Made by a program: the position numbers and the translations under genes. Below are positions 9,768 through 17,670 of a stretch of 64,000 nt of DNA, one piece after another. The DNA comes from an uncultured virus (IMG/VR IMGVR_UViG_3300033153_007854) (taxonomy: Duplodnaviria; Heunggongvirae; Uroviricota; Caudoviricetes), in the IMG/VR virus record IMGVR_UViG_3300033153_007854; one strand, given 5' to 3'. The stretch's first letter is position 1. Each line of letters opens with the position of its first letter. The notes under the pieces are model-generated. The model made no database searches. It was given only the letters and a program-made list of their open reading frames with translations, and was not told the DNA's origin.

Positions 9768-9968
9768 TCAGTCGCCCCCTGTGGTGGACCTGCCAACCAA
9801 TATCCCAATTAGCAGAGGGGGCAGTATGAGGGCGAGCATGGCTGGCACGGCCTCCCACCCCATCGTTTCACCGGATGATTGCTGTCCGACCATGGAGATA
9901 GCGACCATCAACATGAATAGCAGATATATGACCATTATCACTATTGATATTATTCCAGAGACTTTCAT
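9768..9968 (-). CDS. Small two-TM protein
   Basis: GGTGACACGATG start; class A promoter. Confidence 0.7.
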   Translation of the reverse strand: MKVSGIISIVIMVIYLLFMLMVAISMVGQQSSGETMGWEAVPAMLALILPPLLIGILVGRSTTGGD

Positions 9969-10007
9969 CGTGTCACCGTGATATAGTAGCTATTGGGACT
10001 TTATATG
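9966..10007 (-). promoter_or_regulatory. Class A promoter exemplar: ATATAAAGTCCC-N~17-GGTGACACG-ATG (over 30 copies in window)
   Basis: Also at 2948, 5559, 6567, 8813, 10474, 10786, 12024, 12930, 13429, 13848, 20128, 26249, 30058, 33508, 36156, 36530, 38595(+), 43096, 48352, 53253, 56754, 57996, 63763. Confidence 0.85.
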
Positions 10008-10022
10008 ATTATTGGTTCTTAT

Positions 10023-10448
10023 TCATACAAGCCCGAGATACTCTGCTATATCTGCAAGCGACACGAATAGCAACAATCCTAATAGGCCACCTATGATTGC
10101 CCCCACATATATTAATAAACTTGATGGTTGAGTAAAGTAAGTGCCCAATCCAATGGACTCATATTCCTCTTGAGTGACCTCGTGTGTTTCTCCATCTATC
10201 GTTTTCACGACATATATCTGTGGCCCATTGACGAGGTAATATGTTTCATCCTCTATTCGGGTTCCATTGTCATCAACAAAAGTAACGTTGTAGATTTGAG
10301 TGTAGGTACTCTTCTCTATAACCTCTGATGTCGCAACCTCGCCTTCTTCAACCAGAGCACCGATGTATCCTCCGGCGATTGCACAGGCAACGATTAGGAA
10401 AACCAATACCGAGATAAAAGCTATTAGCCCTTTCTTTTCATCATCCAT
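10023..10448 (-). CDS. Two-TM membrane protein
   Basis: GGTGACACGATG start (MDDEKK). Confidence 0.7.
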   Translation of the reverse strand: MDDEKKGLIAFISVLVFLIVACAIAGGYIGALVEEGEVATSEVIEKSTYTQIYNVTFVDDNGTRIEDETYYLVNGPQIYVVKTIDGETHEVTQEEYESIGLGTYFTQPSSLLIYVGAIIGGLLGLLLFVSLADIAEYLGLV

Positions 10449-10506
10449 CGTGTCACCACTAATACATATTCCTTGGGGGTTTATAAGCTTTACCAAGTCC
10501 ACCAAT

Positions 10507-10755
10507 TTAGAATATGTTGTCTAATAATGTTTTTCCACAACTGGAACAACCCATTATCTTGCCATATCCATTACAATTGTTGCACCGCCCCTCCATCTGT
10601 TCAAATATTTCAATAATGTCATCCCAGGCGATAGTCGCATACCCGACGCCCGAACGATAAACTGATACCCCATCCTTCTTTTCCATATGAACTTCTTCTG
10701 TCCTGGCAATCCCATGCTCGTCCTTGGATTTTACCATCTTTTTCATGTCGCTCAC
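10507..10755 (-). CDS. Small Cys-rich protein
   Basis: CNNCNG...CSSCG; class A promoter at 10786. Confidence 0.6.
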   Translation of the reverse strand: MSDMKKMVKSKDEHGIARTEEVHMEKKDGVSVYRSGVGYATIAWDDIIEIFEQMEGRCNNCNGYGKIMGCSSCGKTLLDNIF

Positions 10756-10800
10756 CTTTGTAATATCAATAAGAACTAAATCTTTGGGACTTTATATGGT

Positions 10801-10965
10801 TTACCATGTTTCCCATCCCTCTGTGTTGAACCAAACCTCCGGCTCACGGCCTTTGGATATGAGAAACTTGTTCTTGTAGCGGAACTTCCGCCAGAGATAA
10901 CGTCTAACTTCCTTGCGCTCTTTACGATAGGGCCTCGGGTTGTCCCTTCTGTGTGTTCGTGTCAT
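10801..10965 (-). CDS. 54-aa Arg-rich protein not in ORF track
   Basis: MTRTHRRDNPRPYRKERKEVRRYLWRKFRYKNKFLISKGREPEVWFNTEGWETW. Confidence 0.6.
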   Translation of the reverse strand: MTRTHRRDNPRPYRKERKEVRRYLWRKFRYKNKFLISKGREPEVWFNTEGWETW

Positions 10966-11000
10966 TCTCACGACATTTTATGAGCCCCTGGAAAGTAAAG

Positions 11001-11073
11001 TAACAGGGACAGGATTTGAACCTGCATCTTCCGAGTCATGAGCCCGGCACTCATCCAATTGAGCTACCCTGTT
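11001..11073 (-). tRNA. tRNA-Met(CAT), initiator-like
   Basis: A1-U72 pair; CCGGG CT CAT GA CTCGG. Confidence 0.88.
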
Positions 11074-11074
11074 A

Positions 11075-11295
11075 TGGTACACCATCTGCGTGGCGTTGGA
11101 GCCAAAGGCGCACCCTTCACGGATGTAACCCCTGTTGCTCAGTGGCTCCCGACTCGGAAGGTATAGGTGTGATGCCTTCTGGTCTACGCCACACAGTTTT
11201 GGTTTTCCATGCCCGAAGGCGGCAAAGGAATGCCCGATGAATGGGTCTATCCTACTACCACTCTCGGCATTGACCAGTAAGTAGAGCATGGTATA
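11075..11295 (-). ncRNA. Candidate structured ncRNA ending in stem + CCA
   Basis: Terminal stem TATACCAT/ATGGTGTA-CCA and nested helices; lies between two tRNAs. Confidence 0.5.
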
Positions 11296-11307
11296 TAATC
11301 GTTATGA

Positions 11308-11382
11308 TGGGCCTGGGGCGATTCGAACACCCGGCTTCTGGATTAAGAGTCCAGTCCATTTACCTAGCTATGGTACAGGCCC
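11308..11382 (-). tRNA. tRNA-Lys(CTT)
   Basis: CTGGA CT CTT AA TCCAG. Confidence 0.92.
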
Positions 11383-11385
11383 ATG

Positions 11386-11444
11386 AAGGGATGCCGGGAC
11401 TCAAACCCAGTTGAACATGGCTCCTTCCAGTCGCCATCATCCCT
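11386..11444 (-). ncRNA. 59-nt anticodon-less tRNA-like RNA, copy 1
   Basis: 7-bp acceptor, 5-bp arm with GACTGGAAGGA loop, GTTCAA linker, T-arm; covaries with 27215..27273. Confidence 0.75.
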
Positions 11445-11463
11445 ATGGTATCCTAAAATGAGA

Positions 11464-11655
11464 TGCCTGGTTTTTGGTCAAGAGCCTGACGCACCGTTGT
11501 CTCCGGCTCTCAACTCCCCGACGGTGCTAGGTGCCCCGGCGCATCCCGTAGGGGTCAGGGCGTCGTCATCCGCACCGTACTCTTTGTCCGACGCACGAGC
11601 GTAACCAGGCAAGGTCAAGTGCGCCGCCGGAGGGGTCACGGTAGTTACCTCCGGT
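11464..11655 (-). ncRNA. Candidate GC-rich pseudoknotted ncRNA
   Basis: Own class A promoter (11675-11686), no credible ORF, at least 5 helices. Confidence 0.55.
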
Positions 11656-11694
11656 CCTATTAGCCGATATGGTTGGGACTTTAAATAGATTTGG

Positions 11695-11997
11695 TCAGTC
11701 TTCGAAGTGAGATATTACCTTCGGAGAGAGATGGTCTTTCTTCACCAATGCTATGACCATGATTTTCGCAGAGTGGAGCGGGGTCACGCTTTTGAGGTGT
11801 TTCTCTGCAATGGCCTCATCTGGCAGGAATACGTTGGTTTTGAGTTCGACTCCCTTGACTCCCTTTATCTTCTTCACGGTTATACTGACATCCCCGAGTT
11901 CGAGAATCAGTGGAATCCGGTCTTCTTCTTCTACTACGTTCATTGTCTTCTGTCCGAATTCATTCAACGCCTTATCCTTGTGAATTACCACAACCAT
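11695..11997 (-). CDS. Hypothetical protein
   Basis: GGTGACACGATG start; class A promoter. Confidence 0.75.
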   Translation of the reverse strand: MVVVIHKDKALNEFGQKTMNVVEEEDRIPLILELGDVSITVKKIKGVKGVELKTNVFLPDEAIAEKHLKSVTPLHSAKIMVIALVKKDHLSPKVISHFED

Positions 11998-12042
11998 CGT
12001 GTCACCTATGGAATGGTAGGAGGGGGGACTTTATATGGATTT

Positions 12043-12903
12043 CTATTGTTGGAGCTTTTCTGTGGGGTCGTCGGCCTTGCTCTCCACCCCACTCATAGCC
12101 TTCAATGCCCTGACGTACCAGACGTTGTTGATGTCCCCATCTGTTATCTCTCTGAGGGTTTCTTCGCTCTTTATTGCGCCCCACCAGCTCTCTCCGCCCC
12201 AGATTATCTTGTCGAATTCTGGAACGTAGATGGCCGGGTTGTTCGAGCCCATGATTGTGAGTGTGTCCTCGCCCTCGTGGTAGGGTAGGAGGTAGAGGCA
12301 GAATGAGCCCAGATAAAATCCCAGGTAAGTCTTGTTCCCATATTCCTTGGCACATGGCCTGATGCTCACAGGCGTAAGAGGTTTCGTCCGTCCAATCAGA
12401 CTCCCTTCTGGATTGAACGACAACCTGATGCCCGTTACAGGATGTTTGAGCTGGATGGTCTTGAGTTCCTTGAAGGCTTCATAGTCCTCCTTTGGTTCGG
12501 TGAGCATACGAGCGAACCTATCCACGTTTTTTGACTCAGAGAGAATAGTGGAGTTGGCTCTCTCGATTCGGCCTTTGAGCCAGTCATCGGGTGGCTGGTC
12601 TACCTTCTCGTATCCCCAATTATATCTTTCTTTAGTCCAGCCTTCCATATCACGGTAGGCCCAGTCTTTTGCCTCCCCCTTGATAACCTCATCTTCCTCA
12701 TCGGCAGGGAATTCCTTGTAGTCGTCCCGTGTCGTTTGCCCCACTCCCACAGACACCCAGAAGCGATACCACTGCGTACCTGTCTTCCTGAAAAGACCCT
12801 TTGGACAATTCTGTGGTCCGGTCTTGCAAGATTCCAGGTCGTCGCATTCCTCGCATTCATTCGGAATATTCGCCGTAAGATGTTCTGGAGTATTTCCGGT
12901 CAT
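12043..12903 (-). CDS. Hypothetical protein
   Basis: GGTGACACGATG start; class A promoter; 286 aa. Confidence 0.75.
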   Translation of the reverse strand: MTGNTPEHLTANIPNECEECDDLESCKTGPQNCPKGLFRKTGTQWYRFWVSVGVGQTTRDDYKEFPADEEDEVIKGEAKDWAYRDMEGWTKERYNWGYEKVDQPPDDWLKGRIERANSTILSESKNVDRFARMLTEPKEDYEAFKELKTIQLKHPVTGIRLSFNPEGSLIGRTKPLTPVSIRPCAKEYGNKTYLGFYLGSFCLYLLPYHEGEDTLTIMGSNNPAIYVPEFDKIIWGGESWWGAIKSEETLREITDGDINNVWYVRALKAMSGVESKADDPTEKLQQ

Positions 12904-12945
12904 CGTGTCACCTGTGGAATGGTAGGATGGGGGACTTTATATGGT

Positions 12946-13401
12946 TTACTCTTCTGCGATTTGATAATTGTGATGTTGGAACTCGTCAATAGTGCCGACG
13001 AATATCTCACCATTATTGTCTTTGAATATTTTCATGCCATAGAGGGCGAGAACCCATAATGCTGAGACAATACTGAAATACTCTATAGAGTTGCTGAAAT
13101 AGTGGTGCGAGAGTGTCATGTACTTGTGGTACTCTGTCCTCTGGGCCTGGGTCGGCCAGTCTTTTAATGATTTGGTGATGGTTTCTGCGAGGTTCCTGTT
13201 GATTTTTGCCAGCCTATCATAATCTATGAGAAGGGTTAGAGCTTCCGTATGATTTATGGGTGCGTTACGGTGGGTTTCATAATATTTCTTGATTCTGTCC
13301 TTGAGTTCCTCTTTGATATTATTGAATATGCCCCTATAACGTTCCAGATTATTTTCTGTAGGGGGGCGGAAATAGTTAATTCTCTCATTGAATGCGAACA
13401 T
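12946..13401 (-). CDS. Hypothetical protein
   Basis: GGTGA SD; class A promoter. Confidence 0.7.
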   Translation of the reverse strand: MFAFNERINYFRPPTENNLERYRGIFNNIKEELKDRIKKYYETHRNAPINHTEALTLLIDYDRLAKINRNLAETITKSLKDWPTQAQRTEYHKYMTLSHHYFSNSIEYFSIVSALWVLALYGMKIFKDNNGEIFVGTIDEFQHHNYQIAEE

Positions 13402-13454
13402 CTTGTCACCAAATAATCCTAATCCTTTGGGACTTTATATGGATTTCGATTTGT

Positions 13455-13829
13455 TCACTCCCGCTCAACCAAACACTTGGGAGCCTCGGTATTGACCTTC
13501 ATCCTTCTGATGCCCCTGAAGCCCTTCATCCGTATCGGGTCAATCTCGTGGAAAGGTCCACCCCTCTGGATGTAGAACCCTGCGGGCCAGTTCTGACCCG
13601 TGGAGAGGCACTTGAAGCCTTTCTTTTCCTCGACGACATCCACGACCTTCTGAAAGCCCTTGATTTCGCCGTCGTGTACTACGAAAACCCTGTCTCCAGG
13701 TTTGGCATTCGGCTTGTATCCGAGCCTGTAGTTGAGAACGATGTCGGGGTCTTTCGCCGCCGCATCGAGTTCTTCCTCATACTTCTCCCACGGTATTGAT
13801 TTCGGGATGGTGATTATCCAATCTTCCAT
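13455..13829 (-). CDS. ASCH/PUA-like domain protein
   Basis: KPGDRVFVVHDGEIKG...PIRMKGFRGIRR; class A promoter. Confidence 0.55.
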   Translation of the reverse strand: MEDWIITIPKSIPWEKYEEELDAAAKDPDIVLNYRLGYKPNAKPGDRVFVVHDGEIKGFQKVVDVVEEKKGFKCLSTGQNWPAGFYIQRGGPFHEIDPIRMKGFRGIRRMKVNTEAPKCLVERE

Positions 13830-13870
13830 GTGATTGAATGATAGAACGGGGGACTTTATATAGATTTCGA

Positions 13871-14009
13871 AGCCGCTGGCAGGATTCGAACCTGCAATCT
13901 GTCCCTGGCTTGTGTACGTCGGGTATGGCGGGAATTGAACCCACGGACCATCCTCCATACCCGCAATCCATTACAAGGGGACCGCTTTAACCATTGAAGC
14001 TACAACGGC
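13871..14009 (-). tRNA. tRNA-Thr(TGT) with 65-nt intron (13907-13971)
   Basis: GTCCC CT TGT A|intron|A GGGAC; BHB helix CTTG/CAAG. Confidence 0.9.
13920..13962 (-). ncRNA. tRNA minihelix (acceptor + T-arm) nested in the tRNA-Thr intron
   Basis: GGGTATG-GAGGATGGTCC-GTGGG TTCAATT CCCGC-CATACCC-G. Confidence 0.65.
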
Positions 14010-14091
14010 ATATTTATTGCGGCAGAACCACCTGATGATGATTCTGCCGCCCTGGTTTTCTCCTTTTCTATCTCGGCAATCACCTCCTGAG

Positions 14092-14165
14092 AGCCACCGA
14101 AGGGATTCGAACCCCCAGCCTACTGATTACGAGTCAGTCGCTCTATCCATTGGAGCTACAGTGGC
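14092..14165 (-). tRNA. tRNA-Thr(CGT)
   Basis: ACTGA CT CGT AA TCAGT. Confidence 0.92.
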
Positions 14166-14174
14166 ATAAAATAG

Positions 14175-14250
14175 CGGAAGGAGCCGGATTTGAACCGACG
14201 ATTGCTCGATTAACAGTCGAGTGCCTTGAACCAGACTTGGCCATCCTCCC
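14175..14250 (-). tRNA. tRNA-Asn(GTT)
   Basis: CTCGA CT GTT AA TCGAG; G73. Confidence 0.92.
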
Positions 14251-14275
14251 ATCTAGGATAATATGGAATGGAAAA

Positions 14276-14533
14276 TTATATGCATCTTGCGTCCCAGAAT
14301 TCCTGCTGCCTTTTATTTCTCTCGATTGTAAATACAACCCCGAGAAGACCAGTCTGAGCAGTTATCAGCATCATTGTTGTAATGGCTATCGTTTCCATGT
14401 TTGTCAAGCTGAAGATGATTGTGATTGTTCCAAATACGACCACTAATATCAAGGAGATGATTGCCATATACGCCATCTTCTCATATTTGGCTTTGAGGAC
14501 AGGACATAATCTTTCTCTCTCACTCTCTTTCAT
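14276..14533 (-). CDS. Two-TM membrane protein
   Basis: Class B promoter at 14566-14584. Confidence 0.65.
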   Translation of the reverse strand: MKESERERLCPVLKAKYEKMAYMAIISLILVVVFGTITIIFSLTNMETIAITTMMLITAQTGLLGVVFTIERNKRQQEFWDARCI

Positions 14534-14657
14534 GGGAATTCCCTTCAATCATCAAGCATTAAATCTATAAATAGATTTGTAATGAATAAGTTTTTAAACT
14601 CCCAATTCCTTTGTTCCTTCGAGTTCATTGTGACATGGGCTCGTAATCCATTGCGAG

Positions 14658-15857
14658 GTGGATAATATGATAGAGCAAGCAAAGCAACTACAAAAGCATA
14701 TTTTAGATAGAATTGAGGAAATAGCTCTGGCCGTCAGGAAAACGAGGTTCGTCCGAACATACCCGCTCAAGCTTGGGTCGGCCCATATCGCCGAACAATT
14801 CGCCACACTCGGCGTCGCATTGACCGGAGAGCTATTGGATTCGTACACCTTGAGCGTCCGTGACATGAAAATCGAGGTCCGAGGAAGCCGGGGCAGGAAA
14901 GATGAAAGTCACTCCTACTGGGAGGCGGAGCTGTACCGGGACGAGCGTTATACCAGCGAAAACCCCGGTGAGCTGAGTGAGTTCATGCGAGCCATCGTCC
15001 TCAATAATGAGGATGAAGTGGCTTTCTATCGTATGATGCGGTCAATCGTGCCCTCGGAAGGCCCCCCTTCGGTGTTCCACACATGGAGAAATGGATACAC
15101 CGTGAAGCCTTCGAATACCTACCATCCCAAAGACGAGAACGACAAGACTGGTGTTCTGATACAGCATCTTTCCACGCTCATCGTCGCTGCCGCTCTGCAA
15201 CTTCCGAACAGCCGCCGGACTGATGAGCACAAGTCCCTGGCTAGACAGCTTCTACAATTCCTTATAACTGGCAATGTCCCGCTCAACAAGCCCGAGCGGA
15301 TTGACATCTCTAAGCCGAGTTCATGGCCAAAGCCGCTCCTCGCACTCAGCGATTACGGGTCGGAGCTGGTCTGGAAGTTCGGAAGTTACTGCAAGGATTG
15401 TGGTAAGAAGCTCCGTGGGTGCTTTTGCGAGCCCACCAGTAAAGAGCCTTTCGATATGCACACCATGGTAGGGGACCGATGCTGGGAATGTACGGCGAAG
15501 TACATGAAGCATTATCTGGCACAGCAGTTCGACGACCAGTTCGATGAGAAGACCTGTGTGCGTCTTTTCGACAATCACACTGAAAACACCTGGGAGTGGA
15601 TTCTTGAAGACCTTCCTCACTATGATAATGATGTCGCTCGCAGAAAGAAAGCCCTACAGAAGTGGAAGAATGAGTACGGAGCCTACTTCACCAACCCCAA
15701 GAGAAACAAGGATGGCCAATATAAGACCAAGCTGAAGCTCCCCATGGATGATAAGACACTCGCAGGATTCTGGGACATCCTTGAGAATTGCTGGGCCGAG
15801 ATGGAGCCCGGTGACCCGGATGACGACTCCTGTTCCTGCCCTGCTTGGGAAGGTTAA
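14658..15857 (+). CDS. Hypothetical protein with CxxC motifs
   Basis: 399-aa ORF with GAGGTG SD; one of few plus-strand genes. Confidence 0.75.
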   Translation: MDNMIEQAKQLQKHILDRIEEIALAVRKTRFVRTYPLKLGSAHIAEQFATLGVALTGELLDSYTLSVRDMKIEVRGSRGRKDESHSYWEAELYRDERYTSENPGELSEFMRAIVLNNEDEVAFYRMMRSIVPSEGPPSVFHTWRNGYTVKPSNTYHPKDENDKTGVLIQHLSTLIVAAALQLPNSRRTDEHKSLARQLLQFLITGNVPLNKPERIDISKPSSWPKPLLALSDYGSELVWKFGSYCKDCGKKLRGCFCEPTSKEPFDMHTMVGDRCWECTAKYMKHYLAQQFDDQFDEKTCVRLFDNHTENTWEWILEDLPHYDNDVARRKKALQKWKNEYGAYFTNPKRNKDGQYKTKLKLPMDDKTLAGFWDILENCWAEMEPGDPDDDSCSCPAWEG

Positions 15858-15858
15858 G

Positions 15859-15932
15859 TGCTTCCGCCCGGATTCGAACCGGAGTCTCCTGGTCGAGAGC
15901 CAGGTGTGATTAACCGCCTACACTACGGAAGC
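15859..15932 (-). tRNA. tRNA-Glu(CTC)
   Basis: CCTGG CT CTC GA CCAGG. Confidence 0.92.
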
Positions 15933-15943
15933 ATGACGTACAA

Positions 15944-16016
15944 TAGTACGTTTAGTACGTTCCGGGCAAAAAGTACGTTAGGTACGTTTCGGACGAATAG
16001 TACGTTAGGTACGTTT
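15944..16016. repeat. Three pairs of 9-bp-spaced GTACGTT repeats
   Basis: tagtacgtt tagtacgtt / aagtacgtt aggtacgtt / tagtacgtt aggtacgtt. Confidence 0.75.
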
Positions 16017-16019
16017 TGA

Positions 16020-16090
16020 CAGCCCCACTCGGATTCGAACCGAGATTACCAGCTCCAAAGGCTGGTGAATTGCCATTATTCGATGGGGCT
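16020..16090 (-). tRNA. tRNA-Gln(TTG)
   Basis: CCAGC CT TTG GA GCTGG; A1-U72. Confidence 0.9.
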
Positions 16091-16098
16091 ATCGTGAT

Positions 16099-16518
16099 TT
16101 ATTTATCCAGCTTGAGTAATTTGACGAACTTCTTCCATATTCCAGACTCGACCTCTTTTTCATCGCCGTTGCAGTACGAGCCCGTGGGGACGAGTGCGAC
16201 CTCGAACATCATGCCGTCATACCATCTCTTATCGTAGAGAACTGCATGGCGGCCCTGGAGATTGCCCTTATCCAGAAGTTCCTTCAGGTCACGAAAGTCC
16301 ATCCACAACCTTTGGGGGGTGCTTATACCCGCATCGAGTATCACTTTCTTCTCTGTCTCAGAGAGGGTCTTATCGGGTTGCTTTCCTTTCAAGAACTCCA
16401 CAGGCTTCTGGGGGCTGAAAAAAGTTCCTCTCTTGGTTTCTTTCAGTGTGCCTTCGATTCTCTTCAATGTCTGCTTAGACACTACCATTACGTCACATGA
16501 TTTCTTGTCTGGGGTCAT
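16099..16518 (-). CDS. Hypothetical protein
   Basis: About 139-aa ORF between tRNAs. Confidence 0.6.
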   Translation of the reverse strand: MTPDKKSCDVMVVSKQTLKRIEGTLKETKRGTFFSPQKPVEFLKGKQPDKTLSETEKKVILDAGISTPQRLWMDFRDLKELLDKGNLQGRHAVLYDKRWYDGMMFEVALVPTGSYCNGDEKEVESGIWKKFVKLLKLDK

Positions 16519-16557
16519 ACTTAACCATATTAAGCATGACATTGATAAATCTTTCGA

Positions 16558-16631
16558 TGGGCCTGACAGGACTCGAACCTGTACTCGCCAGTATATCAGA
16601 CTGGGGCATTAACCAGTTATGCTACAAGCCC
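16558..16631 (-). tRNA. tRNA-Ile(GAT)
   Basis: CCAGT CT GAT AT ACTGG. Confidence 0.92.
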
Positions 16632-16632
16632 A

Positions 16633-16707
16633 TGGTAGTCCCGCCAGGATTTGAACCTGGACCAGTTGGCTCAGAACCAACGATGCTGCCAGTTACACTA
16701 CGGGACT
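16633..16707 (-). tRNA. tRNA-Gln(CTG), CCA encoded
   Basis: GTTGG TT CTG AG CCAAC. Confidence 0.92.
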
Positions 16708-17005
16708 ATTTCGGTAGAAGTGCAACTTGATATGAATCGAAATAGACGACCTGGGACCGCTTCGGATTCTTGCGTTGTTCTACACGGACCCAGAACCCCC
16801 TCGCTTCAGCCATCTTCGCCAGCTTTCTTCCGACCTTGTTCCATCCCCATTTGGTAAAATAGAATCTGGCTCGGGGATTGATGTTCTTCTTCTTTGGGGG
16901 ATTTAGGCCGAGGGCGGTCATCTGTTCGTTGAAGAAGTGGGCAACCTTGCCTTTCGTAGAGTTGTCGTCTGTGTATCCTTCCCGAAGGACCAGGCGGTAT
17001 ATCAT
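16706..17005 (-). CDS. Hypothetical basic protein
   Basis: NPRARFYFTKWGW...VVYFDSYQVAL; class A-like promoter. Confidence 0.7.
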   Translation of the reverse strand: MIYRLVLREGYTDDNSTKGKVAHFFNEQMTALGLNPPKKKNINPRARFYFTKWGWNKVGRKLAKMAEARGFWVRVEQRKNPKRSQVVYFDSYQVALLPK

Positions 17006-17147
17006 GATTGCTCGATGGCCTTGGAGGTTTATAAAATATAGGAAGCCCGTCCTGGGGAGTGGACGGGATTGTATAGGCCCGTTTCGGAATATCCGAATCC
17101 TATACTACTTGGCAATACATGATTGCCTTCCAGGTTAATATTAATTG

Positions 17148-17297
17148 TGGTGGGAACGACGGGATTCAAACCCGTTCTTCATCGCCTTTCTCCAACTTCT
17201 TGTACCCTAATCGGGCGGCGACTATATGCTTTACACACTCACCGAATATGCTTGCGGTTGTCTCGGCTACCTCCTTGCGGAGTTACATCACGTTCCC
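17148..17297 (-). ncRNA. Expanded tRNA-like RNA (anticodon not assignable)
   Basis: GGGAACG/CGTTCCC-ACCA acceptor, T-arm ACGGG TTTGAAT CCCGT, about 75 nt extra in the D/anticodon region. Confidence 0.6.
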
Positions 17298-17307
17298 ATG
17301 ACATTAG

Positions 17308-17381
17308 TGGGAGCAGTGGGATTCGAACCCGCACTTTCTCGCTCTGGAGGCGAGCGTGATACCTGATTACACTATGCTCCC
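17308..17381 (-). tRNA. tRNA-Trp(CCA)
   Basis: CTCGC CT CCA GA GCGAG. Confidence 0.92.
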
Positions 17382-17382
17382 A

Positions 17383-17456
17383 TGGCGGCCCGTGGGGGTG
17401 TCGAACCCCCGTCCACTCGCCGACAACGAGCGATGATTCCGTTACACCAACGAGCC
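17383..17456 (-). tRNA. tRNA-Asp(GTC), CCA encoded
   Basis: GCTCG TT GTC GG CGAGT; G73. Confidence 0.92.
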
Positions 17457-17459
17457 TTC

Positions 17460-17596
17460 TCATATCCAAGTCATATCCAAGTCATGACCTAAGAATGACC
17501 TAAGAATGACCTAAGAATGACCTAAGAATGACCTAAGAATGACCTAAGAATGACCTAAGAAATCATCCATTTGATGTCCATTTGATGTCCATTTGA
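17460..17596. repeat. Three adjacent 11-bp tandem arrays
   Basis: TCATATCCAAG x2, ATGACCTAAGA x7 (17484-17560), TCCATTTGATG x2.8 (17566-17596). Confidence 0.95.
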
Positions 17597-17670
17597 CCTT
17601 ACTGAGTTCAATCTGGAACAATACATATCTGACGGTCTATAGTATTGATGGAATCGCCTGAAATTAAAGA

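Noticed and set aside
11075..11655. RNase P, SRP or 5S rRNA assignment for the structured RNAs
   Set aside because: The P4 GGAAAGUCC, SRP helix-8 and 5S consensus motifs were not found by eye, so these are left as unknown ncRNA candidates.
17460..17596. CRISPR array
   Set aside because: The units are contiguous 11-mers with no unique spacers, and there are no cas genes; the same holds for 24790-24932.
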